Source: Candidatus Spongiisociaceae bacterium (GTDB lineage: Bacteria > Actinomycetota > Acidimicrobiia > Spongiisociales > Spongiisociaceae). Taken from it: a stretch of 64,000 nucleotides of DNA. Positions 59,877-64,000 of the stretch are shown piece by piece. The stretch is from positions 1,312,001 through 1,376,000 of the forward strand of contig OZ241841.1 in assembly GCA_965202665.1 (NCBI GenBank). Reading direction: 5' to 3'. Position 1 is the first letter of the stretch. Each line of letters opens with the position of its first letter. Below the pieces are notes generated by a model that searched no databases, was not told where the DNA came from, and saw only the letters and a program-made list of their open reading frames with translations. Made by a program: the position numbers and the translations under genes.

Positions 59877-60667
59877 TGCCGCTCCCGGGAATACCAGCGG
59901 AACCACATCACGGTAATGGTTCCCCACAGGATGGCCCCGCCGCCCAGTTTCATTATCAACCCGGCCACCGTCTGGTCCACCATGACGTCCATGCCCCACA
60001 GGCGGTCGGCGGCCGCGTACAACGGATAAAGGGGTTCCCGGCCGAAAGTGAGAAAAGAGGCGGGGATGGTGGGCAACAGCGAATGGGCGAACAGGTAGGC
60101 CATGGCCAGCGGCGGGCGCAGGCGGGGGAGTTCCCGGATGGGGCTCAACACCGGCATCCACATCACAAAAGCGGAGGCGAACAGCAAACCGTGGATCAGA
60201 AAATGGGCCCAACCGGAGGTGAGCATCACCTGCACCGCCTGCGGCCAATGCAGTCCCACGAACAGCAGGTTGGAGATGAAAAAAGCGGGCAACGGGCGCA
60301 ACAGGGGACGCAACGCCCGCACCGTCCGCGGGCCGCCCAGCAGATAGCGCGCCAGCCAAGCCGGAGTTCCCATTATCAGCAACGGGACCGCGATGAGGGA
60401 AATCCCCATATGTTCCAACATGTGGAAGGTGAACAGGTATTGCTCGGCGATGTCGTGGAAAGGCCATTCCGACACCCCCCACAGGACCGCCAGCCCCGCA
60501 TAGAAGGTTACCGCCTGCCGGCGGGTGGCCAGCGGCCCGGACACGTTCAGGTGCGGCCCGATGCGGCGCACCGCGTACCACCAGCCGCCCCCCAAAACCA
60601 ACACCAGCGCCCACACGTCGGGATGGGCGTGCCAGGGCAGCGTCTCCGTGGAAAAGGAGACCGGCAT
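59840..60667 (-). CDS. ctaG: Cytochrome c oxidase assembly protein (Caa3 CtaG)
   Basis: WPFHDIAEQYLFTFHMLEH, DQTVAGLIMK. Confidence 0.88.
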   Translation of the reverse strand: MPVSFSTETLPWHAHPDVWALVLVLGGGWWYAVRRIGPHLNVSGPLATRRQAVTFYAGLAVLWGVSEWPFHDIAEQYLFTFHMLEHMGISLIAVPLLIMGTPAWLARYLLGGPRTVRALRPLLRPLPAFFISNLLFVGLHWPQAVQVMLTSGWAHFLIHGLLFASAFVMWMPVLSPIRELPRLRPPLAMAYLFAHSLLPTIPASFLTFGREPLYPLYAAADRLWGMDVMVDQTVAGLIMKLGGGAILWGTITVMWFRWYSRERQWDALERTLRQT

Positions 60668-60978
60668 CAGAAAAGAGCCACCGCTCCCAGGGTTGACAGG
60701 GTGATCAGGTACAGGGCCCCCGCCAAGATCGCCCCGGAGGTGAAAAACCGGGACAGCAGGCGCCGCTCGTAGCGCAGATGCATGAACATCGCCACCACCA
60801 GGTAAAACTTGAGGGCGCTCAAGATCAGCAAGGCGGGGACGGTGAAGGCTTGCGTGACGGCCGCCACCCCGTCCTCCAAGTAGAACAAGGCCACTTCCAT
60901 GATGGTGAGGGCCGCCAAAACCAAAGCCACCGTCACGTACTGCTTGGGTTGCGGGTGATGGTGTTCGCCGCCGGCCAT
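60667..60978 (-). CDS. Cytochrome c oxidase subunit IV
   Basis: LAALT..EV, KFYLVVAMFMHL. Confidence 0.88.
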   Translation of the reverse strand: MAGGEHHHPQPKQYVTVALVLAALTIMEVALFYLEDGVAAVTQAFTVPALLILSALKFYLVVAMFMHLRYERRLLSRFFTSGAILAGALYLITLSTLGAVALF

Positions 60979-60991
60979 AACCGCTCCCTCC

Positions 60992-61681
60992 TTACTGGAT
61001 CAGGTAGACGAGCACGAAGATGACGATCCAGATGATGTCCACAAAGTGCCAGTACAAACCCACCAGTTCCACATTGAAGCCTTCCCGCTCCGACAACCGG
61101 CCCGCCCGCAGCGACTTGCCGCCCAACACCAGCAGCATCAGCACCCCGATAACCACGTGCACCCCGTGGAATCCGGTCAGCATGTAGAAGGCGGAAGCGG
61201 CAGGATTCGTATTCAGTTTCAGCCCTTCCAGGATGAATTCGGTGAATTCGAAGAACTGCCCGGCTACGAACACCATTCCCAGGGCGCCGGTGGCGAACAG
61301 CCAGGTGCGGGTCTGGGCCTGGTCGTCCCGGGCCAGGGCGGAATGGGCCAGCACCATGGTCAGCGAACTCATCAGCAACACGAAGGAGCTGATGGAAGTG
61401 AACGGAATGTCGTACAGTTCCACCGGATACAGGGCCCCTTCCCCGTAGTCCCGCCCTTTGAACAGCAGATAGTTGGTGATCAGCGCCCCGAAAAACAGAA
61501 ACTCGGAGGAGAGAAACACCCACATTCCCAGTTTGCGGCTGTCGATGCCGGTCATCTCGTGATGGCCGCCTCCGCCGTGCCCGTCCCCGTGTCCGCCGGC
61601 CGGGCCGTCCCCGTTGCCCCCTCCGGACGTCATCGGTTCGGCGGCGTCGGTCGCCGCGGGGGAGTGGGCCAAGTCGGTCAT
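60992..61681 (-). CDS. ctaE: Cytochrome c oxidase subunit III
   Basis: GMWVFLSSE, LLMSS.TM, TGFHGVHV, GLYWHFVD. Confidence 0.93.
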   Translation of the reverse strand: MTDLAHSPAATDAAEPMTSGGGNGDGPAGGHGDGHGGGGHHEMTGIDSRKLGMWVFLSSEFLFFGALITNYLLFKGRDYGEGALYPVELYDIPFTSISSFVLLMSSLTMVLAHSALARDDQAQTRTWLFATGALGMVFVAGQFFEFTEFILEGLKLNTNPAASAFYMLTGFHGVHVVIGVLMLLVLGGKSLRAGRLSEREGFNVELVGLYWHFVDIIWIVIFVLVYLIQ

Positions 61682-63789
61682 GTTCCGTCCCCGGCCGGGG
61701 CCGCCGCCGTTACGGCCGCCTCCCCGTTGGGCGAGCCGCTCCCGGCGGCCGGGCCGTCCCCGCCCCATCCGTCGTCCTGCTCGCCGTCGTGATGGGATTC
61801 CTCATCGTGATGGGGTTCTTCCAGCGGCTCCGACCCCCAGGCCACGAAGGCGGCGATGGTCATCACCGCCCCGACCACTATCAGCGGTATTCCGAAGGGG
61901 CGGGTGTGGTAGAGGATGCCGTAGGCGGCGATCATTATCCCCAACCCGACGAAAAACGGGAAATAGGAGGGAGCGGGCAGGTGGATTTCCCGTTCGGGAT
62001 GGCCGTTGGCGTGGATAAGGTCGGCCACCACCCGGTCCGCCTCCGGTTTGCGCACCGCCCGGCCCTCTTCGTCCTGGTCGTATTTGCGATGCCAGAAGTC
62101 GTCCAAGGAGGCGACCGTCGGCTCCACCGCAAAGTTGTAGGCGGGGGTGGGGGAGGGGATGGTCCATTCGATGGTGCGGGCGTCCCACGGGTCGTCCGGG
62201 GCTATTTTCCCCCGCCGTTTGGAATAGGACCAGTTGATCATGAAAAACAGCACCGAAACGGCGATTAGGAAAGCCCCGATGGTGACGATGAAATTCCACA
62301 ATCCCAGCCCGGCGTCCGCCGGATACACCCAGGTGCGCCGCACCATCCCCTGCAAACCCAGCCAGTGCATGGGCCCGAAAGTCAAGTTCATTCCGATGAA
62401 CATCGTCCAGAAGTGGGTTTTGCCCAAACCTTCGCCCATCATCCGCCCGGTCAGTTTCGGGAACCAGTAGTAAAGGCCGGCGAACAGCCCGAAGATGGCC
62501 CCCCCGAACAGGACGTAGTGGAAGTGGGCCACGATGTAATAGGTGTCGGTCTGCTGCCAGTCGGACGGCACCACCGCATGGGTCACCCCCGACAGCCCCC
62601 CGATCACGAACAGGGCCACGAACCCCAACGAGAAGAGCATGGGGGTGGTTAATCGTATCCGCCCGCCCCACACCGTCCCCAGCCAGTTGAAAATCTTGAT
62701 GCCGGTGGGGATGGCGATGGTCATGGTGGCCAGGCCGAAGGCGGCTTGGGCCACGGTGGGGATGCCGGAGGAGAACATATGATGCGCCCACACCCCGAAC
62801 CCGAGGAAGGCGATGGCCGCCCCGGCGAACACCACCGCCGGGTAGCCGAACAGGGGCTTTTTGGAAAACACGGGCAGCACTTCGGACACGATTCCCATGG
62901 CGGGCAGGATGAGGATGTACACCTCCGGATGGCCGAACAGCCAAAACAGATGTTGCCACAGTATCGGATCCCCGCCCGCTTCGGCTATGAAAAACAGGGT
63001 CCCGAACTGCCGGTCGAAGGTGAGCATGAACAGGGCGATGGCGATGATGGGCAGGGAGAACAGCAACAGCAGGGCCACCACCAAAGTCATCCACACGAAC
63101 ACCGGCATGCGCAGCATCCGCATCCCCCGGGCCCGCAGGTTGAGGATGGTAACCACGAAGTTGACCGCCGAAATCAGGGAGGCCACCCCCAGGATCTGCA
63201 GCCCGAGGGCGGCGAAGTCCAAAGAGGTGCCGGGGGAGAAGACGGTGCCGCTGTTGGGGGCGTAAATGAACCATCCGCTGTTAGGAATGGAACCGAGGGC
63301 CGAGGCGTCCAAAGCCCCGCCCGGCAGGTTGCCGCCCACCGGGGCCGGGGAGGTGCCGAACAGGAGGGAAGAGTAAATGAATATCCCCCCGAACAGGAAA
63401 ATCCAGAAGCTGACCGCGTTCATGCGGGGAAAGGCCACATCGCGGGCTCCGATCATCAGCGGCAGCAGATAGTTGAAAAAGGCAGCCCCCATCGGCATCA
63501 CGAACAGGAAAATCATGGTCACGGCGTGGGTGGTGAACAGGCCGTTGTATTCGGCGGCGGACAGGAAAGCCCCGTCCGGCCCGGCCAGTTGGATGCGCAG
63601 CAGCAGGGCTTCGATTCCGCCCGCGATGAAAAAGAAGAAGGCGGTGTAGCCGTACATTATGCCGATCTTCTTATGGTCGGAAGTGGTGATCCACGACCAG
63701 AAACCGGTGGTGAGCCGGGGGCGGCGGAAAACCGTCCGCTCCGCTTGGGGGGCGGCGGTCCCGGTTTCCGGGTTCATGGTGACGGCCAT
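61678..63789 (-). CDS. ctaD: Cytochrome c oxidase subunit I (A1 type) with C-terminal 2-TM extension
   Basis: DHKKIG, GHPEVY, WAHHM, AHFHY. Confidence 0.96.
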   Translation of the reverse strand: MAVTMNPETGTAAPQAERTVFRRPRLTTGFWSWITTSDHKKIGIMYGYTAFFFFIAGGIEALLLRIQLAGPDGAFLSAAEYNGLFTTHAVTMIFLFVMPMGAAFFNYLLPLMIGARDVAFPRMNAVSFWIFLFGGIFIYSSLLFGTSPAPVGGNLPGGALDASALGSIPNSGWFIYAPNSGTVFSPGTSLDFAALGLQILGVASLISAVNFVVTILNLRARGMRMLRMPVFVWMTLVVALLLLFSLPIIAIALFMLTFDRQFGTLFFIAEAGGDPILWQHLFWLFGHPEVYILILPAMGIVSEVLPVFSKKPLFGYPAVVFAGAAIAFLGFGVWAHHMFSSGIPTVAQAAFGLATMTIAIPTGIKIFNWLGTVWGGRIRLTTPMLFSLGFVALFVIGGLSGVTHAVVPSDWQQTDTYYIVAHFHYVLFGGAIFGLFAGLYYWFPKLTGRMMGEGLGKTHFWTMFIGMNLTFGPMHWLGLQGMVRRTWVYPADAGLGLWNFIVTIGAFLIAVSVLFFMINWSYSKRRGKIAPDDPWDARTIEWTIPSPTPAYNFAVEPTVASLDDFWHRKYDQDEEGRAVRKPEADRVVADLIHANGHPEREIHLPAPSYFPFFVGLGIMIAAYGILYHTRPFGIPLIVVGAVMTIAAFVAWGSEPLEEPHHDEESHHDGEQDDGWGGDGPAAGSGSPNGEAAVTAAAPAGDGT

Positions 63790-63806
63790 TTATCCTCCCT
63801 TCGCTT

Positions 63807-64000
63807 TCATTCCAAAGTCGACAGGTAGGCGACCAGGGCGTCCACTTCGTCGGCGGTCAAACCCAGGTCGGGCATGAACGAGCCGGGTTTCCAGGTGGGG
63901 GGGTCGGCCAGCCACAGGCGCAGCCCTTCCTCCCAGTCGGCTTGGGTGGGGGCCAGGCCGTCCGGCAGGGTCGCTCCGGCGAACACGTTGCGGGAGGCGA
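63807..64000 (-). CDS. ctaC: Cytochrome c oxidase subunit II, C-terminal cytochrome c domain (partial)
   Basis: Manual translation ...FAGATL...LRLWLADPPTWKPGSFMPDLGLTADEVDALVAYLSTLE*; lies directly upstream of ctaD. Confidence 0.8.
   Translation of the reverse strand, partial: ASRNVFAGATLPDGLAPTQADWEEGLRLWLADPPTWKPGSFMPDLGLTADEVDALVAYLSTLE

Noticed and set aside
1-64000. Numerous long antisense or alternate-frame Arg/Gly/Pro-rich ORFs
   Set aside because: Typical high-GC shadow ORFs that overlap genes with recognisable motifs.

Overview
High-GC bacterial chromosome segment containing the replication origin. Gene order, SLH proteins and leaderless promoters suggest an actinobacterium, probably Acidimicrobiia (inference). 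The core is gyrA-gyrB-dciA-recF-dnaN-oriC-dnaA on the minus strand and rpmH-rnpA-yidD-yidC-jag-parS-parA-parB on the plus strand, followed by trxA-trxB, a putative anti-sigma factor, an ECF sigma factor and a pseudokinase. The flanks carry housekeeping and metabolic genes (deoD, lnt, aat, ald, a GcvT-family dehydrogenase, CCA enzyme, xylAB, mgtE, greA, an FtsH-like protease and a caa3-type cytochrome oxidase operon). Two lower-GC cassettes are present: a Fic gene and a HigB/HigA-ImmA toxin-antitoxin pair. The most notable observations are: (1) a ~450 bp, strongly strand-skewed 72-bp (41+31) tandem array directly upstream of the Fic gene, whose core motif recurs on the far side of that gene; (2) a selenocysteine-recoded SelD (in-frame UGA plus a SECIS-like hairpin) truncated in the ORF track; (3) a ClpX zinc finger fused to a degenerate HutI-like amidohydrolase; (4) a non-canonical GyrA QRDR (HPHSND); (5) an unannotated 44-aa membrane microprotein and a probable ATC start codon. 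No rRNA, tRNA, CRISPR array or transposase was recognised.
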